Position numbers and translations under genes: made by a program. The notes under the pieces are model-generated. The model did not search any database. It worked only from the letters and a program-made list of their open reading frames with translations, and was not told the DNA's origin. Shown in pieces: positions 8,925 through 17,354 of a stretch of 25,246 nucleotides of DNA. The first letter of the stretch is position 1. The number at the start of each line of letters is the position of its first letter. Location of the stretch: positions 1 to 25,246 of the IMG/VR virus record IMGVR_UViG_3300033076_001202; one strand, 5' to 3'. The stretch comes from a virus (Duplodnaviria; Caudoviricetes).

Positions 8925-10039
8925 TATCTAACTACTTTAAAATAAATTTTGTCGCTGACATATTGTTCTGTAAATCCATCTACAATTTTAAATTCTAAAC
9001 GATAATATCGTTCTGGCATAAAGCCGTTCATATCAATGTAGATAAAGTTACTAGTACTATCGCAACTAACTTTATTATAAATATTATCATACGGAATTAT
9101 GGCTTCGTCTGTCTGAGCATCAAATACCGCATAATAAGTAGTAGTTGGAAGATATTTAACTGTTTGAATAGGGAATAAATTTGTAGGAGATTTTTGTGGA
9201 TATTTATCTCTACTATAAATTCTAATTTTAGCAATCTCAGTGTCTTTATACTCCGGTTTAACGTTGGTATAAATAACATATGACTCTAGATTAGCCGGAG
9301 ATAATGATCCTGTTGTAAAAGCACTATTATCCCAATACATAGTTAATTTAGGGACATAAATAGTATGCGTATCTCTACTAAAGAATCTTATATATCCTTT
9401 TACATTATCATCTGCCTCATCTGCATCTGAATATTGAATTAGAAATCCATAATTAGGAATTGTATTCGCATTACTTCCACTTAACCATATTCTTATTTGT
9501 TTAGTAACATCGATATTTAAATCGCTTGTTCTATAAGAAAATGATTCAGATGTTATAAGTTGTGGTGCTGTGCTAGAACCCGAATGATACAAATAATTGC
9601 CACCTTTGCCAGAGCCTGAAATATATAAATCGCTAGTGCCTATTTCAATTTGCTGACTACCTGAAATCCAATTAGATCCACTTTGTGGCACATTCCACGT
9701 AGCACCATCTTCAGTTAATGCAGATAAATATCCTAACCCATTAACCCAATCTTGACCTAACATTTTTACAGCTACTGTATAATCAGAAGGTAAATTCTTT
9801 GCATCAGTTGTAAATAATTGTAATACAAATTTACAATCAGTTACACTTTTATTATATGTAGCTAATGATGCAGAAATTTCAGACATATCAAATTTGATAA
9901 TACTTCTAGCTTTTAGTAGAGTAGCACCATCTGTGTCTAAACGTTTGCCAATTTCTAATACTTCATCTAAACCAGTATTATATGTTGGAAATGCTTCATA
10001 TAATGTTGTATCTTTTTCTGCATAAAATATTCTAAACAT
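8924..10039 (-). CDS. Virion protein with DNRLRE/CBM96-like domain
   Basis: AEKDTTLYE..PTYNTG..LEIG..RSIIKFDMS..IDVT..W..NYGFLI..FFSRD...PKL pattern; RBS AAAGGT. Confidence 0.6.
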   Translation of the reverse strand: MFRIFYAEKDTTLYEAFPTYNTGLDEVLEIGKRLDTDGATLLKARSIIKFDMSEISASLATYNKSVTDCKFVLQLFTTDAKNLPSDYTVAVKMLGQDWVNGLGYLSALTEDGATWNVPQSGSNWISGSQQIEIGTSDLYISGSGKGGNYLYHSGSSTAPQLITSESFSYRTSDLNIDVTKQIRIWLSGSNANTIPNYGFLIQYSDADEADDNVKGYIRFFSRDTHTIYVPKLTMYWDNSAFTTGSLSPANLESYVIYTNVKPEYKDTEIAKIRIYSRDKYPQKSPTNLFPIQTVKYLPTTTYYAVFDAQTDEAIIPYDNIYNKVSCDSTSNFIYIDMNGFMPERYYRLEFKIVDGFTEQYVSDKIYFKVVR

Positions 10040-10049
10040 GTTTTACCTT

Positions 10050-11927
10050 TTAATAATTTACAACGCGGCCTTTAATGTCGCGATTTGGAAATTTAACTTC
10101 GAAAATACTAGGATCTAATGATGGATAAATAACACCATTTTTTGTCGCAGTAGTTAAGTCATAAATATTTCCTGAATATCCTTGATCAGAATCATACAAA
10201 TTAGTTAATGCAAATCCAATTACTGATTGAACTCCTTTTACATTTGCTAAAGCAGTATTTATATCAGATTTAATAATCGGTTGATTAATTTGCCATTTAT
10301 CAATATTAAATAATGATTTTAATTCATTAACACAACGCAATAAAACTTCATTACTATTATAATTTGGTAATACTGATATTTCAAAATCAATTCCAATATT
10401 AATAATAAATGCATCTTTTATATTTACTGCATCAGTTAAGATTCTATAAAAGTTCAAATATGTTTTTAAATTTTCTTTAATTGCCTGATTCAACATTGTC
10501 AATTGTTTAGATTCATTATATCCTAAAACATACATATTCATTGCTAATGGATTTGCAATTCTAGTTTCTAAATCTTTTTGAGATATTTGATCATCGGGTA
10601 CAATATATGCTTTTGCTACGCTACCATATTTTGCTGGCATTGAATATGCACGTATGATATAATCTTCTCTTGTTACAAGTCGATTTTGAGTAGCAAAATT
10701 TGCTAATGCATTATTTTTAATATCTTGTAATGTATCTGCAGTCTTTGCTCCAACAGCTGGAATTGGATTATTTGCAGCAACCGTTGATTTAACAAAATTA
10801 ACTAACGGCGTACTATTTGTTGTATTAACATCATCATTAAACTCAACAAATTCTAATTGCGTTAATACATTTGCAGGAACATTATCAGCAATACCATTAC
10901 CAGTTGTATATGTAACTGTCAACGTTGTATTAGCTGGTGCTTGTCCGTATGTTCTTGTATATAAAAAGTTTGATGGATCAATATCAACATCGACAGAACG
11001 TCGGAATCCTGCAAGTCCATTTCCTACATTATCTGGATTTGGAACAACTTCTTCATCATTATTATCAGAAATACCAGCGCCAAATTGTAATTCAATTTTA
11101 TTATCACTACGTAATCTAGTTATAAATCGTTTTGCAGATTTTCTAAGTTTTAATAAACTAGGAGCTGATGATCTATATTGTGATAAATCCGGATCATTTT
11201 CTAATAAGTTAGGTACTGATTCAAAAACGGTATCTTGAGCTAAATACGGAACTTCATACCAATTGTCACCATCCGATTCAGTTACTGAAATTATTTCAAT
11301 AACATTAGTATCAGGTAAAACTATTTTATCATAAGCAACTGGAGTGTTAAATGTAAACGTTGCTGTTTTTACATTTCCAGATACTGCACGTACTTGTTTC
11401 TTTAAAAGATAATATGTTGGTAAATTTGTAGCAGCATCAGTTTCATATATTGTTACCTCAGTTGGATTTGCTGAACTAGAGAAATTAAATTCAATACTAT
11501 CCAGTGTACGGAATACAGCATTGCCGGTACTTTGTTTAACACGCATACCTGATTTAATTGATAATGCATAGTCATAATCCGGGGCTACAGCAGCACCTGT
11601 ACCTTTAGATGGTACTAATTGAAATACATCTAATGTAACATATGCTGGTACAACATTATTAGGACTATATCCTAGACTTTTTGCAATATCATATATATTT
11701 GAACGCTCTGTTGCTTGTTCGAGCATAGATTCTTTTAAATTATTATCTGCATAGTATGATAAAACATCTCCTACATACGCAGCTAATTCTAAGAATATCA
11801 TACCCGGTGCTGCATCAGTAAAGTCAGTATATGATGTTGGAAAATATTGTTTAGTAAAATCAATCAATCCTTGTTTGAATTGACTAAAATCTTTTCCTAA
11901 GTATGATATATCTTTTTTCGTTTCCAT
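10050..11927 (-). CDS. Baseplate wedge subunit (T4 gp6 / baseplate J-like)
   Basis: KDFSQFKQGLIDF..YTDF..LELAAYVGDVLSYYAD..LEQATERSNIYDIAKSLGY; IELQFGAG; FATQNRLVTREDY. Confidence 0.9.
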   Translation of the reverse strand: METKKDISYLGKDFSQFKQGLIDFTKQYFPTSYTDFTDAAPGMIFLELAAYVGDVLSYYADNNLKESMLEQATERSNIYDIAKSLGYSPNNVVPAYVTLDVFQLVPSKGTGAAVAPDYDYALSIKSGMRVKQSTGNAVFRTLDSIEFNFSSSANPTEVTIYETDAATNLPTYYLLKKQVRAVSGNVKTATFTFNTPVAYDKIVLPDTNVIEIISVTESDGDNWYEVPYLAQDTVFESVPNLLENDPDLSQYRSSAPSLLKLRKSAKRFITRLRSDNKIELQFGAGISDNNDEEVVPNPDNVGNGLAGFRRSVDVDIDPSNFLYTRTYGQAPANTTLTVTYTTGNGIADNVPANVLTQLEFVEFNDDVNTTNSTPLVNFVKSTVAANNPIPAVGAKTADTLQDIKNNALANFATQNRLVTREDYIIRAYSMPAKYGSVAKAYIVPDDQISQKDLETRIANPLAMNMYVLGYNESKQLTMLNQAIKENLKTYLNFYRILTDAVNIKDAFIINIGIDFEISVLPNYNSNEVLLRCVNELKSLFNIDKWQINQPIIKSDINTALANVKGVQSVIGFALTNLYDSDQGYSGNIYDLTTATKNGVIYPSLDPSIFEVKFPNRDIKGRVVNY

Positions 11928-11928
11928 G

Positions 11929-12411
11929 TTATAATACCAATAATTGATTTTGATTTACAGCTAATACCAATTGACTCAAATTGTTTTCTGTATCATAACT
12001 TGTTGAATTGCCAGACGCAACGCCTTGTTGCGGAGTCACTGAAAATGTAATAGTAATTTTCAATTCGTGTGGAGAATTAGGATCATCTTCTGCAGTTATA
12101 GTATTGATATCAACTATATTAATATAAGGTAACCAATATTCAACTGCTTCTGAAATTACTTCTGAAACAATTGGTTTTATTTCTTGAGTACTTGGTTCAA
12201 ATAATAATTTAGGTAAATCCGTACCAAAATTAGGTTGATATATTCGTTCTCCTTTATATGTTAAAAGAAGATTTTTTAAATTTGCTAATGCTTGATCATT
12301 TGAAGTAAATGTAGAATTAAATACACCAAAAGGACCAGTAAAAGGAAGATTAATTCCTAATGCGGTATTTATTGATGTTTCGGTTACTACATTTACTATT
12401 TGATATGGCAT
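11929..12411 (-). CDS. Baseplate wedge / sheath initiator (T4 gp25 / P2 gpW-like)
   Basis: NLKNLLLTYKGERIYQPNFGTDLPKLLFEP..AVEYWLPYI signature; directly upstream of the gp6-like gene. Confidence 0.9.
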   Translation of the reverse strand: MPYQIVNVVTETSINTALGINLPFTGPFGVFNSTFTSNDQALANLKNLLLTYKGERIYQPNFGTDLPKLLFEPSTQEIKPIVSEVISEAVEYWLPYINIVDINTITAEDDPNSPHELKITITFSVTPQQGVASGNSTSYDTENNLSQLVLAVNQNQLLVL

Positions 12412-12905
12412 TAGTTACCCTTCTTTTTATTAATTGCTTTCATTAAAGCAGAATAATCGCGAGTCATGGCTTGTTGCACTTCTGGCGCTACTTCGTATGT
12501 TTTTCCAGTTTCTGGGTCTTCCATTACTGATGGAGCTCGCGGAGCCAATCCCATTGCTGCAGCCATATTTTGGCGCATCATACCAAAACCGTTTGCATCT
12601 GCAGATGTCATTGAAATTGTATCAACGCTTTCATTCATCATATCTGCAAAGCTATTCATCGGTGATGGCCCTTGCTCCATTAATGGATCTGTTTCATTTA
12701 AAATATCAGCCCATTTATTTTCAGCAAATTGTACTGTCTTGCGTTTTGGCGCCTGTGGAGGAGGTGGAGCTTGTCTTTTTGTCGCCGGTTGTTTCATCTC
12801 TGTAATCGTAGATTGTAAACCTTCACGAAGAATTTCTGTTAACTCTTCTTTAATAACCTCACGTACGGCTACTTTAAGTGCTTTTATAAGTGCTTTTGAA
12901 TCCAT
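12411..12905 (-). CDS. Hypothetical late protein (helical N-terminus rich in I/L-x-E, Met/Pro-rich)
   Basis: 164 aa ORF coupled to the gp25-like gene; preceded by class-B motif. Confidence 0.75.
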   Translation of the reverse strand: MDSKALIKALKVAVREVIKEELTEILREGLQSTITEMKQPATKRQAPPPPQAPKRKTVQFAENKWADILNETDPLMEQGPSPMNSFADMMNESVDTISMTSADANGFGMMRQNMAAAMGLAPRAPSVMEDPETGKTYEVAPEVQQAMTRDYSALMKAINKKKGN

Positions 12906-12920
12906 ATGAATATTTTATAT

Positions 12921-12928
12921 ATAAATAT
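12921..12928 (-). promoter_or_regulatory. Putative late promoter ATATTTAT (class B)
   Basis: ATATTTATAT upstream of ATG 12905, heading the baseplate wedge operon. Confidence 0.7.
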
Positions 12929-12936
12929 ACTAAATG

Positions 12937-13752
12937 TTAGTTTACGGGTGTCCCCCAAACCGATGTCTTCGGTCCATATATTTTATTTGTAGAAATATCT
13001 ACATAATAGTCGCCGGCTTTACCTAAATCATCAGAAGGTAACCCAGATTCTTTATAAACTTGACTAGGTGCCTCTAATAATGATGTCATTAAATCTCGCT
13101 GTTGTTCAACTAATTGTTGTATTGTATCAGATCTAAATTGTAAATCATTATCCGAGACATTTTGTTCATTGTAAAATTCAGTGTCTATCAAATCATTATA
13201 ATCAATATCACCATCATTAAAATTTGGAATCGTTTCATCTAAATTACAAACAGAATTTAATTTTTGAATTGATTCTGATAAAACTGGTACAATTGTTTGA
13301 AATTTAGATGTAACAGTTCCTGGTAATGTTGAGAATGACTGCAATGCGCCTATACAATTAACAATTAATGTATCTTGTATAGCCATTAAATTTTGTGCAA
13401 TAAATAATGGCGCAGTTAATGGATTTGATAATTGCGCAACAGTTATAACAGTTTTAATTGCTTGCGCAGTTTGCACTGCAGTTTTTAGTTGATCAATAGT
13501 TTCTTGTATTTTAGGCAAATTTTGTTGTACTTGCGAAATTTGACTTTGAATTTTAGTTAAATCAGATTTAATTTTTTGTACTCTAGGATCATTACATTGA
13601 ACGTCACTTGGCAATTTTGTAGAATTTTGTACAGTTGTATTAACTTGTTCAACTAATCCATCTAATTGCTTATCTATTTGTTGCATAAGAGACGCAGCAG
13701 CTTTGCCAGGCAACGTTGGTATAAAATCTAATGGCGGTACGATAGAACTCAT
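12937..13752 (-). CDS. Coiled-coil virion-associated protein with C-terminal fibre-type motif
   Basis: Gln-rich heptads; C-terminal PSDDLGKAGDYYVDISTNKIYGPK..W resembles a motif of phage fibre/collagen-like proteins. Confidence 0.6.
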   Translation of the reverse strand: MSSIVPPLDFIPTLPGKAAASLMQQIDKQLDGLVEQVNTTVQNSTKLPSDVQCNDPRVQKIKSDLTKIQSQISQVQQNLPKIQETIDQLKTAVQTAQAIKTVITVAQLSNPLTAPLFIAQNLMAIQDTLIVNCIGALQSFSTLPGTVTSKFQTIVPVLSESIQKLNSVCNLDETIPNFNDGDIDYNDLIDTEFYNEQNVSDNDLQFRSDTIQQLVEQQRDLMTSLLEAPSQVYKESGLPSDDLGKAGDYYVDISTNKIYGPKTSVWGTPVN

Positions 13753-13753
13753 A

Positions 13754-14734
13754 TTAATATGTTTCTTTGGTTATAAAATATTTAGAATTTAAAAGATTTT
13801 GCAATTGATTTTGCGCAGCAGATAAATTAGATCTATTAATAAAGGTACCTTGTGCAGTACCGCATTGAATCGGCTGTGCTAATTGATTTAAAATCTTTTG
13901 TAATATAGTTAATAATACATCGCCATGAACTAAACTAATATTAGCTTCATCATTTCCTATTTTTACTTCACCGGTAGTATTCAATACAATGCCCCGCGGA
14001 GAATCTAAGACTACAATATCAGATTTTGCTTTTAAAATAATTCTATCAGCAACGCCAATAAATTGAGACCGTTCAAATGCTGATTCAGTTGGCGTAAAAG
14101 AAGATAATGGATTTCTATTATTTTTATCCCCTAGTAAAATAGGAAGTTTTTGTGTACTAGTTAAATATAATGAACTAGCATCTTCATTAACATTTTCTAC
14201 AATATATTTAGATGAGTCATATGTTCTACCATTTGATAAAACAATAATCGGGTCGCCATCATTTTGACCTAACCAACTTGGCGCAACTGGATATTGTTGT
14301 TTTGTGGTACTAGATAATCTAATACTATTTCCAAATCGACCTTCAAACATTAAATCACCACTAAATGGCTGTAACCAAGAAACTTGCTTAGATGTTAATT
14401 CTATAGATCCGGTAACAGTAGATTCTGTTTTTGCATAACCTAATAATTTATTATCATTTGGATTTGAATTAATAGAAAATGAAGATAAATAATACCACTG
14501 CGGATAATTTGATTGCGAAATATTGTCTGCAGATAATCCTTGTACCAATAATACATGTTCACCTACTGCAGGTATTTTTTTTATATTATTATCATATGGT
14601 ATGGCTTTGATTTCTTGTCGATTATAGAAATCAGTATAAGTTATAACACGTATTTCAAAGTTTTTTTCTTTTACATATTGATACGTGGTATCATTTGCAA
14701 TAACTTCGCCGATATGAAAATGTACATTAGTCAT
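13754..14734 (-). CDS. Baseplate hub/central spike protein (T4 gp5 / P2 gpV-like)
   Basis: OB-fold-like IPAVGEHVLLV, GDLMFEGRFGNSIRL, and beta-helix-like C-terminal ADRIILKAKSDIVVLDS..IVLNTTGEVKIG. Confidence 0.65.
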   Translation of the reverse strand: MTNVHFHIGEVIANDTTYQYVKEKNFEIRVITYTDFYNRQEIKAIPYDNNIKKIPAVGEHVLLVQGLSADNISQSNYPQWYYLSSFSINSNPNDNKLLGYAKTESTVTGSIELTSKQVSWLQPFSGDLMFEGRFGNSIRLSSTTKQQYPVAPSWLGQNDGDPIIVLSNGRTYDSSKYIVENVNEDASSLYLTSTQKLPILLGDKNNRNPLSSFTPTESAFERSQFIGVADRIILKAKSDIVVLDSPRGIVLNTTGEVKIGNDEANISLVHGDVLLTILQKILNQLAQPIQCGTAQGTFINRSNLSAAQNQLQNLLNSKYFITKETY

Positions 14735-15158
14735 CCATACCTTTACTCAATTGCTCTTTAATTTTATCAGCGCGTTGTTGTAATACTCGATCTTCTTGTT
14801 TAAAATCATCTAATTCATCTAAATCAGATGAAAGAGTTTGTTCTGCAACTCGAAGAAGTTGTTGTTTTTCCTCATCGCTCAATAAACTATCTGCACCAGT
14901 AATGGTTTGTTTAGTTGAAATATAGCGTTGAACGATTGCAGTTAATTTAACTAGATGATCATCATTTTTAATAGAAACATCTAAAATATCCTTAATCAAT
15001 GGCATAACTACCGTTGCATCTGAAGCATTCTTTATAAGTGGCTGTAATGATGCAATCAATTGATTCATTTGCCTATCTTTCTTTTTAGAATTATGATAGA
15101 CATCGGACATTAAATCGGAAAAGCTCGTGCCTTTAAATAGTTCATCACTTCTGTCCAT
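14727..15158 (-). CDS. Hypothetical helical protein
   Basis: ATG 15158 (MDRSDELF) behind RBS AAAGGA and class-B motif; track uses TTG 15164. Confidence 0.75.
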   Translation of the reverse strand: MDRSDELFKGTSFSDLMSDVYHNSKKKDRQMNQLIASLQPLIKNASDATVVMPLIKDILDVSIKNDDHLVKLTAIVQRYISTKQTITGADSLLSDEEKQQLLRVAEQTLSSDLDELDDFKQEDRVLQQRADKIKEQLSKGMDD

Positions 15159-15175
15159 ATGCAAATCCTTTAATA

Positions 15176-15183
15176 ATAAATAT
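15176..15183 (-). promoter_or_regulatory. Putative late promoter ATATTTAT (class B)
   Basis: Overlaps the last base of the sigma-factor stop codon; heads the structural module. Confidence 0.65.
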
Positions 15184-15884
15184 TAAAACGGCAGATTTAC
15201 GAAATTTGTACGTTCATACTCTAGAAATTTTTCTTCGTATATTTGTTTTAGAACTTTAATGACTCTAGTAATATTTGTTGTTTCTAATCCGGTACGCTCT
15301 CTAATAAAAATATAAAGAGCTTTTTTGTTAAAATCTTCAATGTTTTCTCTGCTTTCAAAAATATGAAGAATTGAATCTGCTACGTGAATGTCAGCCGGAT
15401 TAGTAAATATATAATTTAAATTGTCATAACAATGATCAATATACGCATCCATAAAATAATGTAGCGTTTCTCGCATTTCATCATTATGAATTTCTGTTAT
15501 GATATTACGCTGTTCATCTACATCTAATTCTAATGCATCTGATTTTAATTTAGAATATGCTTTTTGATTTTCAGCAATTAAATAGTTAAATGAAGTTCTA
15601 GTATAATATGAATATGCTTTACCAGCATTTGGATTAAACTTGTTTAAACGTTCTGTTAGATATGTAACTAGATCAGTTTGTAAATCTACAAAAGTTGAAT
15701 CAATATATGTTGGTTTAACTTTATTAATAAGATTTTCTGCTAATTTCATAAATGCAGGATAGATAAATCTACGATAGATTTTTTCTCGTAATGCTGGGTT
15801 ACTATCCGTACGGTTATATGCACTAATTGCATATTCGGTTATTTTTGTAAAATAAACATTACTTTTCTTGCGCTTCGCTGCCAT
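15183..15884 (-). CDS. Phage RNA polymerase sigma factor (T4 gp55-like late sigma)
   Basis: Sigma region-2-like KLAENLINK..DLQTDLVTYLTERLNKFNPNAGKAYSYYTRTSFNYLI (cf. gp55 NFDPEK..FAYFT); C-terminal HTH-like IRERTGLETTNITRVIKVLK; ATG 15884. Confidence 0.75.
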   Translation of the reverse strand: MAAKRKKSNVYFTKITEYAISAYNRTDSNPALREKIYRRFIYPAFMKLAENLINKVKPTYIDSTFVDLQTDLVTYLTERLNKFNPNAGKAYSYYTRTSFNYLIAENQKAYSKLKSDALELDVDEQRNIITEIHNDEMRETLHYFMDAYIDHCYDNLNYIFTNPADIHVADSILHIFESRENIEDFNKKALYIFIRERTGLETTNITRVIKVLKQIYEEKFLEYERTNFVNLPF

Positions 15885-16152
15885 CAAATTGATCCTTTAA
15901 TTCTACAATAACCTGATTTAATAATTGGAACGTTGTTCCTGCTTCATCCTCTGCTTCAAATGCACCTAATCTATCAATTTGTTTCATTGCTGAATATGAT
16001 TGTTCAATTCGCTGATACATAAATTGATTAGTAGCTTCTAATTCTTCAATATATTCTTGTGCTTCTGCTAAAGCTCCAGCTAAATACCAAACTCTAAAAG
16101 TTAAGTATATACTAGCTAATAGCAATATTACTATTAATAATCCTGTAACCAT
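15859..16152 (-). CDS. Membrane-anchored coiled-coil protein
   Basis: ATG 16152: MVTGLLIVILLLASIYLTFRVWYL hydrophobic helix followed by acidic heptads; RBS AGGA. Confidence 0.75.
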   Translation of the reverse strand: MVTGLLIVILLLASIYLTFRVWYLAGALAEAQEYIEELEATNQFMYQRIEQSYSAMKQIDRLGAFEAEDEAGTTFQLLNQVIVELKDQFDGSEAQEK

Positions 16153-16153
16153 T

Positions 16154-16930
16154 TTAATCCTGATTAAATGCACTAAAAATATCCGTTAATGTTTTTTCTA
16201 CATCTGGATTATTTTCTGCTAAATTTTTCAAACCATTACTTTTTACAAGTTTACTTTTTTCTGAAGAAACTTTCGGAGTAGCTTTATCTTTATTTCTCCA
16301 ACGCTCAAATTCAATTTGCGCTGCCATATGATCTCCGTGATGTAAAAGAATAGGTAAATTTGTTTTTAATTTAGCTTGTGCTGAACGAGCTACGAAGTAT
16401 GGCTTATTTGCATCATCATACATTCCATCATGGATCTTAATTGCTTGATATTCAGTCCATGACATTTTTACATCATATTCTTGTAGCAACCAAATTGAAA
16501 GATCTGGTACCATGGTAAATGGAATATTTTCATTGTGTTTGTACATCTTGTTTTGATTCTTGCGATGCCAATCAGATGTTTCAACTTGATAAACTTCATT
16601 ACCATCACCTGGAAATCCTACTTTACCTAAATCATGATGCATTGCTGCAAAACGAAGTTCTTCTAAAGTATATCCAGACATATCTGCACCCATTTCAGAC
16701 CAAGACTCATAAAGTTTCTCAGTACATGCAATAACTCGAAGTACGTGGTCTACATAACCTCCGGCAAATGCATTGTGAAAATGAGCCATGGAAGATGCTG
16801 GCATCATTACCATTCGATCTTCAAATGCATCATACATTTTATTTAATGCATCTTTACGGGTTGGAAAGTAATCATTTACCGCTTTGCGATATGCTTCCCA
16901 ATTTGATTTAATTTTTTCTGCTTCTAACAT
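16154..16930 (-). CDS. HD-domain metal-dependent phosphohydrolase (YhaM-like)
   Basis: HNAFAGGYVDHVLRV ... AMHHDLGKVG ... AIKIHDG ... LLHHGD motifs. Confidence 0.85.
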   Translation of the reverse strand: MLEAEKIKSNWEAYRKAVNDYFPTRKDALNKMYDAFEDRMVMMPASSMAHFHNAFAGGYVDHVLRVIACTEKLYESWSEMGADMSGYTLEELRFAAMHHDLGKVGFPGDGNEVYQVETSDWHRKNQNKMYKHNENIPFTMVPDLSIWLLQEYDVKMSWTEYQAIKIHDGMYDDANKPYFVARSAQAKLKTNLPILLHHGDHMAAQIEFERWRNKDKATPKVSSEKSKLVKSNGLKNLAENNPDVEKTLTDIFSAFNQD

Positions 16931-16936
16931 AAAACT

Positions 16937-16965
16937 ATTATAAGAAATTATTTACGTATTTCCAA
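16937..16965 (-). promoter_or_regulatory. Sigma70-like early/middle promoter (class A)
   Basis: TTGGAA-N17-TATAAT, 6 nt upstream of ATG 16930. Confidence 0.7.
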
Positions 16966-17109
16966 ATGTTGACCATGAACTAATTTCGAAGTACATTTCC
17001 AACATGTAACGGCTGTTGCTTTAGCATCAACACGTTGACAAATTTCATCACAATATTTACATTGTAGCTTTTTATAGCCGCGCGGGCTTGGACTTGATTT
17101 TGGTTTCAT
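16948..17109 (-). CDS. Small zinc-ribbon protein (53 aa)
   Basis: Not in track. MKPKSSPSPRGYKKLQCKYCDEICQRVDAKATAVTCWKCTSKLVHGQHLEIRK, two CxxC pairs; fills the intergenic gap. Confidence 0.75.
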   Translation of the reverse strand: MKPKSSPSPRGYKKLQCKYCDEICQRVDAKATAVTCWKCTSKLVHGQHLEIRK

Positions 17110-17120
17110 TTAGAAAAGAT

Positions 17121-17300
17121 TTATTCGCGATCGATATAATATTTTGCAGACTCTAATTTTTTTAAAGCACGAGCTAAATTGTCTAATGTAGATTGTTTGT
17201 CAATCTTACCTTCTTGTAACATTCTACCAACGTTGCGGATGATTTCACGAGCATCTTCAATATCATCAGTGAATTTATTTTTAAATTTAAAATTACTCAT
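17121..17300 (-). CDS. Small hypothetical helical protein (59 aa)
   Basis: Not in track. MSNFKFKNKFTDDIEDAREIIRNVGRMLQEGKIDKQSTLDNLARALKKLESAKYYIDRE; RBS AAGGT. Confidence 0.75.
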   Translation of the reverse strand: MSNFKFKNKFTDDIEDAREIIRNVGRMLQEGKIDKQSTLDNLARALKKLESAKYYIDRE

Positions 17301-17345
17301 TATAACCTTATTATATTATTATTTATATTATTAATATTATATATA

Positions 17346-17353
17346 ATAAATAT
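17346..17353 (-). promoter_or_regulatory. Putative late promoter ATATTTAT (class B)
   Basis: Right after the uvsE stop, upstream of ATG 17300, but inside a pure A/T tract so chance occurrence is possible. Confidence 0.45.
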
Positions 17354-17354
17354 A

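Noticed and set aside
10050-14734. Bacterial contractile injection system or T6SS rather than phage
   Set aside because: gp55-like sigma, late promoters, UvsE and dense small hypothetical genes point to a lytic phage genome; no bacterial housekeeping context.
95-14761. Plus-strand ORFs in the track (95..559, 811..1065, 1198..1452, 3981..4166, 5849..6148, 7825..8037, 10937..11119, 12434..12805, 12466..12909, 14555..14761)
   Set aside because: Antisense shadows of well-supported minus-strand genes; no RBS, promoter or protein-like motifs.
15859-16152. i-spanin or holin call for the TM coiled-coil protein
   Set aside because: No neighbouring lipoprotein or endolysin, and it sits in the early HD-sigma operon.
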